From Rhizaria sp. SCN 62-66 (lineage: Eukaryota): a stretch of DNA of 44,010 nt. A model generated the notes under the pieces. It made no database searches and was not told the origin of the DNA. It saw nothing but the letters and a program-made list of their open reading frames with translations. Location: the NCBI GenBank assembly GCA_001724265.1, contig MEDY01000015.1, forward strand, positions 124,001 through 168,010, in the 5' to 3' direction. The translations under genes and the position numbers were made by a program. Positions 1 to 12,667 of the stretch are shown piece after piece (position 1 is the stretch's first letter; the number at the start of each line of letters is the position of its first letter).

Positions 1-552
1 TGCGTGGACCTTCTTTTAATTTTGTATGGTGTCGATATGCTGCCATTTTGTCGGTCACAAAGAGAAACTAGCCTCAATTCGCACAGCTCCAGGCAGATTT
101 AGTCAAGGAAGATCACACTTCCTTGCGCTCATCAACACACATCTGCTCCAATACGCTGTGCCACATATTAATATGCGACTTTCTCGCCACCAACCCAATG
201 TTATGTACGAATATCCTGACCAAAGGGACATCGTCAGCACCCACATGCAACCTTACCGATCGGACTTGCATACGCATATCGACACACAGAGCTCATTTAG
301 TAGCAGTGAAATAGAGATAACACATTAAAAACTCACTGAGCATAATTAAAAAGCAATATAAGACCATTAGGATGCAGATATGTAGCTGGAAGAGAGAAGA
401 TCAGCGATAGACTGGCTGGCTGCGGTCATGGACCGAAAAAAGAAAGTAAAGCCGCAGTGGCAGCAGGGCGACCGAGGGGGACCGAGCCCAACCTTTGCTT
501 GACGATTGTCGTCGTGGGCTTGGGTCTGATTGTCTGAAAAAAGCATATCACA

Positions 553-1827
553 ATGCTGTTTTCCAAGTGTGTGCTGGCGGTGCTTGCGCTGTGCGTTGCT
601 GCCTGCGCGTATGCCCAGTCGGATGGTACGTGGCCTTTTCTGCCTTCCTCCTTGATGCTCTCGCTCGACCCCCCTTTGAGCTCGCCCTTCCACCCGCCCT
701 GACCTTCATTTGTCACTGCCATTTATCGTCACTGTTCTCCCCGACCATATATGTCCATGATTTCTCTGCCTGCTCTTGTCACCCTCATTGTCGCTCATAT
801 GGATCTCCACTATCGTCCCCCCTGCTCTCTGCTCTACCCTCCTCAGTTGTCCCTTCCTTCATCGAGGTTGAGGGCCCCAACAACCACATCCTGACTGGCA
901 AGCCCCTGTTTGTACGTTTCTTCTCCCTTCCACCAACACATCACACCGATCCGCCTCCATGTTCCACCAGTTTCTGACCTCTAACAAACCCATTTGTCCA
1001 CCCTCTTGGCCTCCTTTCCTCTTGCTCTTGCCACTCACCTACAGGTGCCCAACATTATCGACATCTTCGCTGATGGTACGTTTTTCCGCCGTTTCGACTA
1101 TCAATATCGCACATGATTCTAGCCACTCTTCTCTGTCTTCTAATCCTGTCGGTGTCCTCACCCACTTTGTTCTTTCGTATTGATTGTTTCACCAACTCTT
1201 ACAGAGGTTGGCCCGACTCCCGAGGAGACCTACAGCCTCCTCCGCCAGTCCGTGCTGAACCAGCCCCCGTCTGCGAAGCTTGCCGAGAAGATCGCCGCCG
1301 ACCCCGTCGACGTGCTCGAGATGCTTGACATTGCCGAGGCCAACCTCAAGGCCCGCAAGGAGCGCCAGGCCAAGAAGGCTGCCAAGAAGGCCAAGATGCA
1401 GCTCGCTGGCAAGAAGGCTGCCAACGGCCTCAAGCAGCTCGCTCTGCAGCAGAAGACCCGCAAGGCTGCCATCAACAAGGAGGTTGCCCGCATCAACAAT
1501 CTTATGGCTAAGGCCGCTGAGCTCCAGAAGGCTCTCCCCCAGAAGCGCGCCCGCCTGGAGCTGCTCCAGAAGAAGCTCAATGAGGCCAACACCAAGGTCG
1601 CCTCGACGCTGTCCAACAAGACCGGCGCTCAGAAGAAGGCCGAGAAGACCGTTATCGACGGCAAGCTTGGCCTCCTCAAGAAGAAGCTCGCCAAGCTTGA
1701 GGCCGCCAAGTCCGTCCTGAACAAGTCCATCGCGGGCCTCCAGAAGGTCGGCAAGAAGGGCGCTGCTAAGGCGGGCGCCAAGGATGCCAAGAAGGACGAG
1801 AAGAAGGAGGAGGCCAAGAAGTTCTAA
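553..1827 (+). CDS. Secreted Lys/Ala-rich coiled-coil protein, unknown function (263 aa, 4 exons)
   Basis: Exons 553-625, 847-911, 1045-1075 and 1205-1827 join in frame across three GTACGT..CAG introns. The N-terminus MLFSKCVLAVLALCVAACAYAQ looks like a signal peptide. The last exon is K/A/L-rich with strong codon bias. Ends in TAA. Confidence 0.85.
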
Positions 1828-2290
1828 GTTGTACACAGTTTCCTTTACACATCCAAGTGTAGAAAAAGCTGTGAGCTATAAGAACTGAAGTGGTTGCACT
1901 GCTTTGTTTCGCTGTTCGCTGTTGTTGTTTAGTGTTGGGTCGGTTTCTCAGTTTGACATGAGGAACCGATAAGGATTTTTACTTACATCGTTCTCTATCT
2001 ATCTCTCGACTTCTCGACTGTCAAAACCAAAATGGGTCTCCATCCCTCGCGCCATAGAGTGCGATAATACAAATTGAACCCTCCTACACCGCCGAGGTTT
2101 ATATTGACTTTGTTGAGCGTTACTCTCGTGTGACTGCTTGAGACGGCGAGAGGATAACCAAGTAACAGCTACTTTTGCGAGGTTTCGTTTCTTGATGCAT
2201 GATCGTCATTTTGTTCTGTCATCACTTTTCTATGAAATAACAAGCTCTTTTACTCACGTCTATATATTGCATTATTCTACAGACACTTGT

Positions 2291-4587
2291 ATGGCGTGGC
2301 TCGTGCGTTCTCAGCGCACCAATGAGCTCGCCCTGGATAACACTCCAGCCAACATCGGTCCCGGCCGCTACGATGTCGCCACATCAAGTATCCGCGTGTA
2401 CGTCTACCAACCGCAATTTCCAGTACTTGGTTAATCTTTTTCTGTCCTTGTGTTGTCTGAAACCTTGGTATACCTCGCTCTATATCACCCCGACCTAATC
2501 CACTCACGGACCCGCTCTCTCTTCCTTGCTCTATTTCTCACTCTCGCGTCTTCAGCGATGGTCCGAATTACGCCCCGTTTGCGGCATCAGCTCCGCGCGA
2601 CATTCTAGCGCCTTCGGTTACCGGCGTCCCAGGCCCCGGCAACTACAACGCCCACACCAAAGTGACTGCGATCCGCTCCACCGTCGGCACATCCCAGCCC
2701 TTCGTATCCCGCATCGGCCGCTTCGAGGGCGGCGGCCAGGACCCTGTGCCCGGCCCCGGCGCGTACGACCGCCCCGACCCCTGGGCCGCGGCTGCGTCGT
2801 CGTCCTCGACAGTCACGGCGCGCGGCGGCACGAGCGCGTTCACGAGCGGCGTCCATCACAATCACTCTAGCAGCAAAGCGCACAGTAACCCGGCGTCGCT
2901 CGGCACCACGGTGGCTTCCTCAACGCGGCCGCCGCGCGAGACCGGCAACGTCAAGTGGGAGCGCGTCGCGTCCATTCCGTCCATTCCTGCCGGCGCGCAT
3001 CGCTTCGGCTTCGACGAGGCTCCCAACGGTGAGCTTATCCCCCAGCCCCCGCCCGCAGCCGCGTCCTCACTCGTGGGCCCAGCGGTGCCGCCCGATTCCT
3101 TCGTGTCCAAGCACCGCAACGCGCCCGCGTCGACGTTCGCGCGCTCCCGCGCCACGCGCGAGGTGTGGGGCAGCGACAAACCGCTGCACAAGCTCCCGGG
3201 GCCCGGAGAATACAGCCCCTTCGACCAGGGCGCTATGGGCGCAGCGTTCGCGCCGGCGAACAATAACAACAACCACAACAACTTGCAAGACGGGCTCGGT
3301 CTCCCCGCGTCTATGACGGCCCCCGTGCCCGTGGCGTCGACAGCGCGGTATCTGCGGTGTAAGCCCAATGCGGTGTTTGCGTCCCGCAACGCCAAGATGC
3401 CCCGCGCCACTGTCAACCCCGTCCCTGGGCCCGGGTCGTACCCGTTAGCCGCTGGGTCGTCGTTCGCGCGCGCAGCCGAGCCCGCGCCCGTGCTAAAGCA
3501 GTGCTTCGGCGCCCGCGCGGCCCGCTCTCTGGCGCACATTGACGCCGCCACCGCCGCGGCCGCTGCGACGCCAGGTCCCGGTGCGTACGACGCGAACGCC
3601 AAGGCCGCGTTCCCCGGCGGTCTGGAGGTCGACATGGGCGGCCTCGTCCCTTCCGCCGCGCTGCCCTCTGCACCATCAGCGCACGGGAGCGGCGGCGTCT
3701 CGCGCGCAACCGCGGGCGCGAACGGCGTCTTCCGGTCAGCCACGAGCCGCTTCACAGGCCACGGCGCGATGGTCGCACTGCCCGCTGCGCCCGCGCCTGG
3801 CCCCGGCGCGTACTCTGTCAGCGGCAACATTGGCCGTGCCATGGCGCTAAAGTCCTTCTCCCGCAACCAGACGTTTGGCTCCACGTCCTCGCGCTTCCCG
3901 ACTGGCCCCGCGCCGCAGGGGGCGAACCCGCGCGACACGGCCGTTTCCCACCCCGCGCTGGCGGGGCTGGACGGCGTCGACGAAGCCGTGCCCCGCGCCG
4001 CTGGCGGCGGGCTCGGCCCCAACGCCGTCATCACCGTCGCGCGCAACGGCACGGCGCGGCCCTCGGCGGCGTTCAGCTCTAAGTCAAGCCGCATGGGCGC
4101 CGGGTGGGAGTATGACGCCAGCTGCGCCTCCGGAGCCGGCGAAGGCACCCCCGCCACCGCCTCCACGGGGCCCGTTCACCGCGCGCCCCCCGTCGGCGCC
4201 TACGACGTCGACATTGAGGGGCGGAAGCGGGCTGAACTGGCACAGGGCCGCAACGGCGGGAATAACGCGCACTTCCTCTCGCGCGAGCGCCGCTTCCACA
4301 CCGACACCGAAGTCAAGAACGCACTCCTCGAGTCGCACCTGGGCCCCGGCACCTACGACGTGGCGCGCGCCGTGCCCTCCGCGCACCGGGCTGTGCAGGC
4401 GCCCGTGGGCAGCGTGTTCAAGTCCTCGCAGCCGCGGTTTGTGGAGCCGAGTCTGCTACCCGCCGGCGCGGTGGCAGCGCTGGCGGCGGCCGCGGGGCCT
4501 GGCCCGGGTCAGTACGGCGGGCCCGCGGTCGGCAGCATGGTCAAGCGGTCGTATAACGTCACTATCGACACACCGCGTCCGATGTGA
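2291..4587 (+). CDS. STPG2: SHIPPO / sperm-tail PG-rich repeat protein, STPG2-like (712 aa, 2 exons)
   Basis: Exons 2291-2397 and 2556-4587; intron GTACGT..TTCAG, phase 2. Many PGPGxY repeats (GPGRY, PGPGNY, PGPGAY, PGPGEY, PGPGSY, GPGTY, PGPGQY) and FxSxxxRF motifs. Also IPSIP..FGFDE..NG and a C-terminal KRSYNVTI, as recalled for STPG2. Ends in TGA. Confidence 0.85.
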
Positions 4588-4869
4588 AAGAGATATCAGG
4601 GCACGAGAAGTGACTTGTTTTAGGTGGGGTTGTTGCAGCTGGCCATGAGGCATATCTAGAAATCTCTTATGAGAGTGATTTATCTGACAAGCTTTGTACT
4701 TGTTGTGAATACAATGTATCTTATTGATTTAAGCTATTCGTTGTTTATTTTTATCTTACGATGCCGTAACAGCACTTGGCCAATCTATAATATCAGTACG
4801 ACTCTAACAGAGTTCTGAGGCTTAGTGCACGTTGCTTTGTTGCATTTTGCTTTGTTGTAGCACACCTGC

Positions 4870-7170
4870 TCAGCCCATGACCTCGAAGTCACCGTAGATC
4901 TCTTCGTCGTTGTCGCCGTACATGTCCTCGAACTCGTCCTTCTTCTTCTCCTTGCCCTTGCCCTTGGCGCTCTTGACAGCCTTGGGAGTCGCAGCCGCAA
5001 CAGCCTTCTTCGCCGGAGTCGCGGCGGCAGCAGATGCAGTCGCCTTCTTTTTGTCCTTGCTGAGAGTGGAGAAAATCTTCACCGCCTCTGCGTCGTTGGC
5101 CTCATCATCGCTATCGTCGCCCATGGTGCCGCTCTGGCCGTCTTCGTCGTCACTGGCGTCAATCTGGCCCTCTTCATCGTACTCACCATCGTCATCGTCG
5201 TCATCGTCCTCGTCTTCCTCGGCCTCGTGGTCCAAGAATGCCGCCGTGGCCGCCGCCTCTGCGTCCGCGCGCCTCTGCTCCGCCGCCTCGGCCGCGCTGG
5301 GCTCCACGCGCGCGGCCTGGCGGAAGAGCCCGTTCAGCAGCTCGTCCACGAGCACTTCCTGCGCGTCCGCCACGGCCGAGTCGCTGGCCGTGGAGGCGCA
5401 GGCCGCAAGCCATTGCGGCGTCACGATGGGCGCCATGAAGTTGACGAGCTTCGGGATCGGGTCGTAGCGGATCGAGCGCGCCTTGCCGGCGTGAATGCGC
5501 TTCTGCGCAGTCTTGACCTTGCTGGCGAGGTGCGCGGCCTGCTGCGCGATGATCGACGCCGTGAGAGAGCCATCACCGCCGTAGTCGGCCGAGTCTGCCG
5601 CGACGGCGCTGAGCTCGCGGATCAGCGTCGAGAAGAAGTCCGTGTCGTCAAACACGTTGTCGTCGAACAGAGACAGGCGGGACCGCTGGTTGTACGCCTC
5701 CTCGTCCTCGCCGGCCTCGCGCGCGGCTAGAGGGCGCACACACAGCGAGCGGGTCGAGCAGCGACGCATGTTGGTGCGCTGGATCATGCGATCCTCCTCG
5801 ACCTCGACGACGTGCGCAATCTGGCTCGAAAGCTTCTGCCCACCCGCGCCACCGCTGAGCGCAGATGACAGCGACGCGCCGCCCGACGAACGGTCAGCGC
5901 CCTTGTTCTGCGCGCCCTTGCCGCCGTCCGTGCCCAGGTCCGCGCGGCCAGTCACCACGGCGACGCGCTTGTACCACTTGTCCAGCACTGCCGCGCGCGC
6001 GTCGGCGCCCGCGGCCCAGTCACTGGCCAAGCGGGCCTCGATCGCGGCCAGGTCGGCGTCGATGAAGTTCTCGGGCATCGCGGCCGCGCTGGAGGAGCGG
6101 GATTTCTTAGCACTGTTGCCGTTCACGCTGTTTGCCGCGGCGATCTTGTCGCCGTTCAGCTCGAGGTAGCGCTTCTGCTGCTTGGCGCGGGCCTTGGCCG
6201 TGAGGCCCTCAAGCAGTGCGGGCCGCTCGTGGCGCGGCCAGTGCGCGGCGGCCGCGCCGGTCGACGGAAGCGCCGTCTCGCCGTTGCGCTGTAGCGTCGC
6301 GAATGCCGCCTGGATGTCGAGCAGGTCTGAGAGGGTCTGCGCAGTCACAGCGGCGGCGATGCACGCGCGCTTGTTGACGGCATCGGCCTCGGGCAGCGCG
6401 GCGGCGAGGGCCTCGGAGTCGGCCGAGTTGCGCGCCAGGGAGAAGACGTCGGGTGGGGGCAGTTTCTGCGACAGGTTCAACGACGCCTGAGAGTATACAC
6501 GAAAAATAGAATACAAACACAAAATAAAGAGACATGAGTATAGTTCCAATGAATCAAGTTGGGTATCGCTATACAAGAGAATATCACACCGTATAATATT
6601 GGCTTGAGTTTGCTAAGATGTGCAAACGCGTTATTTTGCGATACTGCGTACCTGGAATTGGAGGCGGATGGCGAGTGTGTCGCGCCAGAGCTTCTGCTGG
6701 TTGGAGACGTGCACGGCCTTGCGTGACTCCTCCTTGTCGACCTTCTTAGCCGTAAGCATCACCGAGCTCTCCTGCTTGTCGAGCGACGAGAGCTGGGCCT
6801 CCAGGTCCGCCATCTGCTGGTCGGCGAACATGTTGCGCGCGGCCTCTTCGTCTTCCTGGTCGCTGTCCTCGTCCGCGTCATCGCCGTAGTCGCCCTCACT
6901 CTCACTGCTCTCGCTCTCGCTCTCATCATCAGAGCCGGACGCGGAGTTATCTTCCTCGCCGCTCGCGCTGGCGTCCTCCTCCTCTTCATCAACGTCGTCG
7001 TCGTTGCTGTCGTCGCTGGCAGCGTTGGTGGTCATCTCTTCTTCGTGTTCAGAAGCGGAGGAGGGCTCGAGATCCACAGTCTCGAACATAGCGGTCTTGC
7101 GGGTGGCGGGCTTCGCGTGGGCAGCGCTGGCGCCGCCGCGGGCGGGCTTGGATACCTTCTGGGCAGGCAT
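4870..7170 (-). CDS. AATF: AATF/Che-1/Bfr2 nucleolar SSU-processome protein (711 aa, 2 exons)
   Basis: Exons 7170-6652 and 6486-4870; intron GTACGC..CTCAG, phase 0. Acidic N-terminus. KAVHVSNQQKLWRDTLAIRLQFQ|ASLNLSQKLPPPDVF matches the AATF-Che1 domain. VFDDTDFFSTLIREL and SIRYDPIPKLVNFMAP match the TRAUB domain. Ends in TGA. Confidence 0.9.
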
Positions 7171-7701
7171 GGGAGGCGCCTCCGAGGGTGGTGTGCGACT
7201 GTTGGGCGGTGGGGAAAGACCTAGGAGAAGGGCTGTGTGGGGGAAGCTGTATAGAGGGGAGGAAAGGGGATGTGGTGAGCTCAAATTGTGAATAGTTAGG
7301 AACGCACTATACGTATATCATATTGGGAGAAAATGCGGATATGACGGTCTTTCACGCCTCTGCAATGGATTTGCGCGTCGCACGACAGGACCAAGACTCG
7401 CGAGACTGGGTGACCGTGGGCCATCGGACCAGACCGACCGACGTCAGTCAACCCTCCTCCACCACGAATCGAAGGACCAACTTCAACACCGGATATCTTT
7501 ATCTTCCCATCGTCAAGTGCAATTGTTTCACCGAGGACGCGCGGTGAATACGACTTTTGTTTACTTTCACCTTTTTATACCTCTCACCGACTCTACTGTA
7601 TTCTTCTACACCCCTCTTGCTTCAAACAGCTTTTCGCCCCTCTCCTGACCCCCTTCCAACTCGACACCAGCCACAGTTCCTGACACAAGGACCGCACCAA
7701 G
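7171..7701. promoter_or_regulatory. Probable bidirectional promoter region between divergent AATF and CHMP3
   Basis: Head-to-head ATGs are about 530 nt apart, with pyrimidine-rich leaders facing each gene. No specific element was identified. Confidence 0.45.
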
Positions 7702-9185
7702 ATGCTTAAGAAGCTCTTTTTTGGCGAGGAGGAGAAACCCATGAAGGAGCGCGTGCGCCAGTGGACGCGTGACCTCCAGAAGCAACAGCGCAACATCACT
7801 CGCGACATGGAAAGTACGTGCATTGTGCTAACTTTACAACAGACCTCATGAATATCGACCCCGATCAGCTAGACGACACAATATCACTTGATTCTCTATG
7901 CAGAGCATATTATACCTTGGGATTTCTATGGAATTTCTCCATGTAGCCTCTAAAACCTTGTTTTTTGTCGAGTGTCCCAGAGTTCTTTCCGTTAAAATGC
8001 AAACGCATACCACTCACTCTTTCTGCTCTGCGTCTCGCAACACCGCTTTCCATTATAATCACCTGCAGAGATCAAGCGTGAGGAGGTCAAGGTTACCGCT
8101 GAGATCAAGAAGCTCGCCAAGGAGGGCACCACCTCGCGCACCGCGCTCGCCACTCTGGGTACGTCTCTTCTGACTCAAAATTGCAGCACAAACTACGTGT
8201 CAATCCTATTTGACAAGCTTCCCACAGTACAGTAAACATATCTTTAGGAGAGCCTATACTTTGCGCAATTTACTTATCATTTATCATTTTCTGTTTTATG
8301 TTGCGTCTATCTCTTCAGCGAAATCGTTGATCAAGTCCCGCCACACGCGCGAGCGCATGCTGCTATCGACGGTACAGATCAACTCGGTCGTGCTCACCCT
8401 CGAAGGCATGGCCGCGCAGCTTCGCGTCGCACAGACGCTTGGCAAGTCCGCCACGCTTATGAAGCAGGTACGGTGCGATCCATCACTTGATAAGAAGGCA
8501 TAGCTTTCTTTTACTGTCCTGTTTCAAGTCACCACACAGATAACGAATCACATCTTGATTCTATCCATGTTCTGATTAACACACATTTTCTCTATATGAC
8601 ATGCTAACACGTCAATCAAACGCAATATTTTGCGGTTTTGTTATTATTTCTTGATGTCCTCCTGTTTAGATGCGAGGCGTGATGAAGCTGCCCGAGATCC
8701 AGGCTGTGTGTCGCACCATGGCCAAGGAGATGTACCACGCGGGCGTCATCGAGGAAGCCGTGGACGAGGCCATGGCGATGGCGGACCCGGAGGACCTGGA
8801 GCAGCAGGCAGACGAGACGGTTGACAACGTGCTGTTCGACGTGCTGCAGGACGTCACGGCGACGCTCGCCCCCGGCCCGCTCAAGACTCGGTACGCGTTA
8901 TATCCTATCCCAAACAAAACGAAGCAAAATCATATTGTTGTTGGAGCTCTCAACAATTGCGACTTGACTTGACTTCTAGTCGCACTTGTTTCTTCAAAAA
9001 TATTTCTTTTTTGTTTTGGTTTAAACTGATTTTGTGCTCACCTGTTTTGTCAACTTGCTTCATATTTCTTTGCTTTGTCTTTGCGCAGCATCACGGAGAT
9101 CGCGGCCGAGAAGGCGGCTAAGGTCCGTGAGAAGGAGGAGGAAGAGGAGGAGGACAAGGCTGTGGCTGCACTCTCGGAGCTTTAA
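7702..9185 (+). CDS. CHMP3: ESCRT-III subunit CHMP3/VPS24 (222 aa, 5 exons)
   Basis: Exons 7702-7813, 8069-8158, 8319-8467, 8670-8890 and 9089-9185 join in frame, all with GTACG donors. The protein reads MLKKLFFGEEEKPMKERVRQW...AKSLIKSR...QLRVAQTLGKSATLMKQMRGVMKLPEIQAVCRTMAKEMYHAGVIEE, which matches Snf7-family Vps24. Ends in TAA. Confidence 0.95.
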
Positions 9186-10027
9186 AGCTGTTGTCCTTAA
9201 GATCCTTCTTCGCTTCTCAGGTCCAGGATAACTTCATAGAGAGGTCTCATTTCGTGAGCTAGGTTTGTTTTTGATTTAGATATAGAGTGTGATGTCAGAA
9301 TAATAAAGAGTTATCTATTGTTTTATTAATATTTTTTCGTTCAAATACTTCCGATTAATTCTACAATTCAATTGTTTGCTGTTGTTCTTCGACTGCTCGC
9401 GACGTTGCGGCTTCATTGCTGGAAATGATCACTGAGTGGCAGTTTGGTGTGCATACACGACGAAGGCAACACGGATGTTTGTTCCTGTCGAAGATGCATT
9501 CGGTCTTGTTGCAAGTGGGCTGGAGATGTGTACGGACCAAACCGTACAAATCATCAAAACAACTGTCGCAAGCAATGAACACATGCGACATGCAAACTAC
9601 AGACAACAACTGCAACGCACGCGATGCGAGGAAACAATACTATCACCAACAAATAGTACATGAACCACTAGTAGAGGAACACCGTAACACAGTCCAAGTA
9701 ACTATGACGTATATTTCCACGCCTACGACATGTACGCACACTGAGACGAAAAGACATGGCCAGTGATTGACATCATCATGGCCGCATTTTACGTATAAGT
9801 TTAGTATTATAGCAATAAACAGACTGGCTTAAAGAGTTTAATAAAAAAACCGACATCAACAAACAAGGACAATCAACAGCAAATCGACTTATCATGAATG
9901 GGATCGAAATCGAGGCGAGCGAGTCAGCACAAAGTGACTGTGAGAAAGAGTAAAGAAGCAGACTGAACGATCGCGAGAGGATAGTGCGCGAGAGACGGAG
10001 ACCGAGTTGGATCCGGGGCTGATTCAC

Positions 10028-12667
10028 TCAGTCCCAGTCCTCGTCGCCGTTGTCGTCGCCGCCGTCGTTGTTGTTCTCCTGCATGGCGTTGCGGCGGCGA
10101 CGCATCGCGCGCTCGAAGTGCTTCGGCACCGGGATGTCCCCCACCTTGCCGACCTTGCCGCCCTTAGACCCAACAGCGCCGGCCTTGCCCTTAGCGGCGG
10201 CGGCGGCGGTGCTACTCTTGCTTCTACTCGCGCGCGCGCTACCGCCATCATCCTCACTCACGTCGTCGTCGTCGTCCTCCTCTTCCTCCTCGTCGATGTC
10301 GCTGGGCAGACCGGCGTCGCGGCGCTGTGCCCGGCGCGCGCGGCGCGCACTCGGCGGCTCCACAGGGTTCAGGTTCGCGCGAGTGCGCTTGAGCGTGCTC
10401 GCGGTTAGGTTAACTCCACCGGCAGCGGCGGCGGTGGCAACCACGTTCTTGCTCCCAGCGGCGGCGCGGCCGGTGGGGACCGGGGTGTCGACGTGGTGGC
10501 CGCCCTTGGCAGCCGCCGCAGCTGAGGCGTTGGCGTGGAAGTCGGCGGCGGAGGCCTGCGACTCGCGGGCGCTGCGGCTGCGGGTGCGACGACCCTCGTT
10601 CAGGTTCATGTTGGCGGGACGCTGCGGCACAGGGGTCATCATCGCAGCGTTCGCAGCAGCGGCGGCAGCGTTGGTATTGCTGCCACGGCGGGCTGACTGG
10701 ACTCTAAACGTCTCGGCTACAGCGGCGGCCAGAGCAGGGTCCGCGTTAGTCTCGTCGTCGTCGTAGTCGCCGCCAGCGGAGAGGCCGTGGCGGCGGGACG
10801 CGCGCGGGGCGGGCTTGCGGGCCGTGGGCGGGTGGAGTCCGCGCGCAGCGAGGTCGTCGACAAGCGCCACGGTGGCCTACAGTGCAAAGTGCGCGAAGAA
10901 AAACAACGACAAGATTGGGAGGAAAGACATGAGTGAATATATGAAGAGCAAGATACAGACGCAGAAAGATAAAACTCAAAACAAGGAAATACAATACAGT
11001 TTTAGATCATGCGGTTCAGAATAAGCAAACAAAATACATGTTTGCTACCGAGCGGTATATAGAAAAAGTGAAGCACGTACCTGAACGCGCGAAAGAACCG
11101 AGGAGCGCGGGGGCGCCAATAGCCGCATCTTGAGCAGGTCAAACGACGCTCTATCGATGGGGTCGAAGCCGTCCTCGTGCGCCGTCAGCGAGACTTTAGG
11201 GGACGGCGGAGTGACGGGCGCGGCTCGGCGCTGGCGCTGCGAAGCCACAACGGCCGCATGGCTCACGCCAGCGGCGGCCGCGGGTGACTCGCCGGTGACG
11301 GTGAAAAGTGGCGCCAGCGGGGGCAGCTTGGGGGGCTGCGTTGTGAAGCGGCGGAAGCAACCGCGCACACGGTCGCCGCACGTCAGACGCTTGTTGCCTG
11401 CGCCAGTGTGCACGACCTGGCCGCTACTCAATAGTAAGGGGGCGGGGAGCACCGAGGCCGCGGTGGCGGAGACGGGCAGCGGCGAGAGCAGCGGCGACGT
11501 GTCGACGGCGGTGCCAGCGATGAGCGCGTTCGTGGCGCTGGCGTCGCCGTCAGTGACCAGCGAGGGCGCGTGCAAGAACAGGCGGATCGACGGGGACAAC
11601 ACGGGCGGCGGCGGCAGCGCCAGCGGGGCGCGCGCCTCGGGGAAGCCCGCGGCGGCGGCGGCCACGGCGGCGGCGGTGGCGTGCGCGGGGGACAGCGCGG
11701 GCGAGAGCGCGGCGGCGATGGGGGCCGGGAGCGTCGCAGTGACGAAGCGGGACGCCAGCAGCGCGCGCAGAGGCAGCGCCAGCAGCCCCGCGAGGGCGAG
11801 CAGGACGACGCCCGCGCCGAGGCCCGCGGCGGGGACCAGCGCGGCGCTGGGGACGAGCGCGGGCGCGCGCGCGGCAACGGCGGCAGTCAGCGGCGCGACT
11901 GCTAGCGCGATAGCCTGCGTAGCGTCGACCGCGAAAAAGGCTGCGGCGGCGGGCGCGGCGGCGTAGGCGGCAGCGGAGAGGATGACCGTGAGCGCGGCGC
12001 CGAGGTGGGAGCCCGCGCGGGCGAGGGGGTCCGCAGTGGCAGCGACCGCGGCCGTGGCGGCGGTGGCGGCGGCGGCGCGGGCGCGGGTGCGGACGATGAG
12101 CAGCGGCAGCGCCTCAGCAAGCACAGCGAGAGTAAGCGCCAGAGTCAGGTAGAAGAGAACGGAGGTCACGGAAACGTTGAAAGTGATCGCGGCTGTTTTC
12201 CCAAGCAGAGATGCAGTCCCAGGGCCATTGAGAGGCGAGGTGACGCAAGCGGTGTTCCCGACTGCGGCGACGGCGAACACGATAGAGACGGTGGCGGAGA
12301 GCAGGGGCAAGTGCGCGGCAAGCGCGCGGGTAAAAATGCGCGCGGGCATCGAGTCCTTGAGCGGGGACGCGTGCGAGTGCGCATAGTGCAGGTAGCAAAG
12401 GAAAGGAAGCACGGGAAGCAGCCAGAGAGGGTGGAAGAGCATGGACACGAACGGGGGGATTGCGCGGCCAGTGGCGGTCGACAGACGGGCCAGCAGCGCC
12501 AACATAAGCGGTGCATCGTCGGTGAGCGCGATGCAAAAGTCCTGTCGCGGGGTGGCGAGCGCGGAGCCTGCCGCGCGGAGGGCGGCCAGGAATGGGGTCG
12601 ACGCTGGCACCGCCACGCGGGCGGCGACGGCCAGAGTGCCCACCAGCGCGAGGAAAGAGGACCACAT
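10028..12667 (-). CDS. Hypothetical multi-pass membrane protein with a basic/acidic low-complexity C-terminal tail (~811 aa, 2 exons)
   Basis: Exons 12667-11081 and 10876-10028; intron GTACGT..GTAG, phase 0. Several hydrophobic segments lie in the N-terminal half. The start is uncertain because the frame stays open to an ATG at 12826. Ends in TGA. Confidence 0.7.

Noticed and set aside
26-328. 100-aa ORF at the window start
   Set aside because: AT-rich, lacks the codon bias of the real genes and has no motif. It is probably intergenic.
1189-1836. 215-aa antisense ORF mirroring gene 1 (also 27772..28626, 36752..37405 and others)
   Set aside because: A shadow ORF. The sense strand avoids TTA/CTA/TCA codons, so the antisense frame lacks stops.
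2862-4166. Long alternative-frame and antisense ORFs inside GC-rich exons throughout the window
   Set aside because: Expected at this GC content. The translations are Arg/Pro/Ala-rich with no family motifs.
9361-10027. Short ORFs between CHMP3 and the membrane-protein gene
   Set aside because: This is a convergent 3'-UTR region with non-coding composition and no consistent splice structure.
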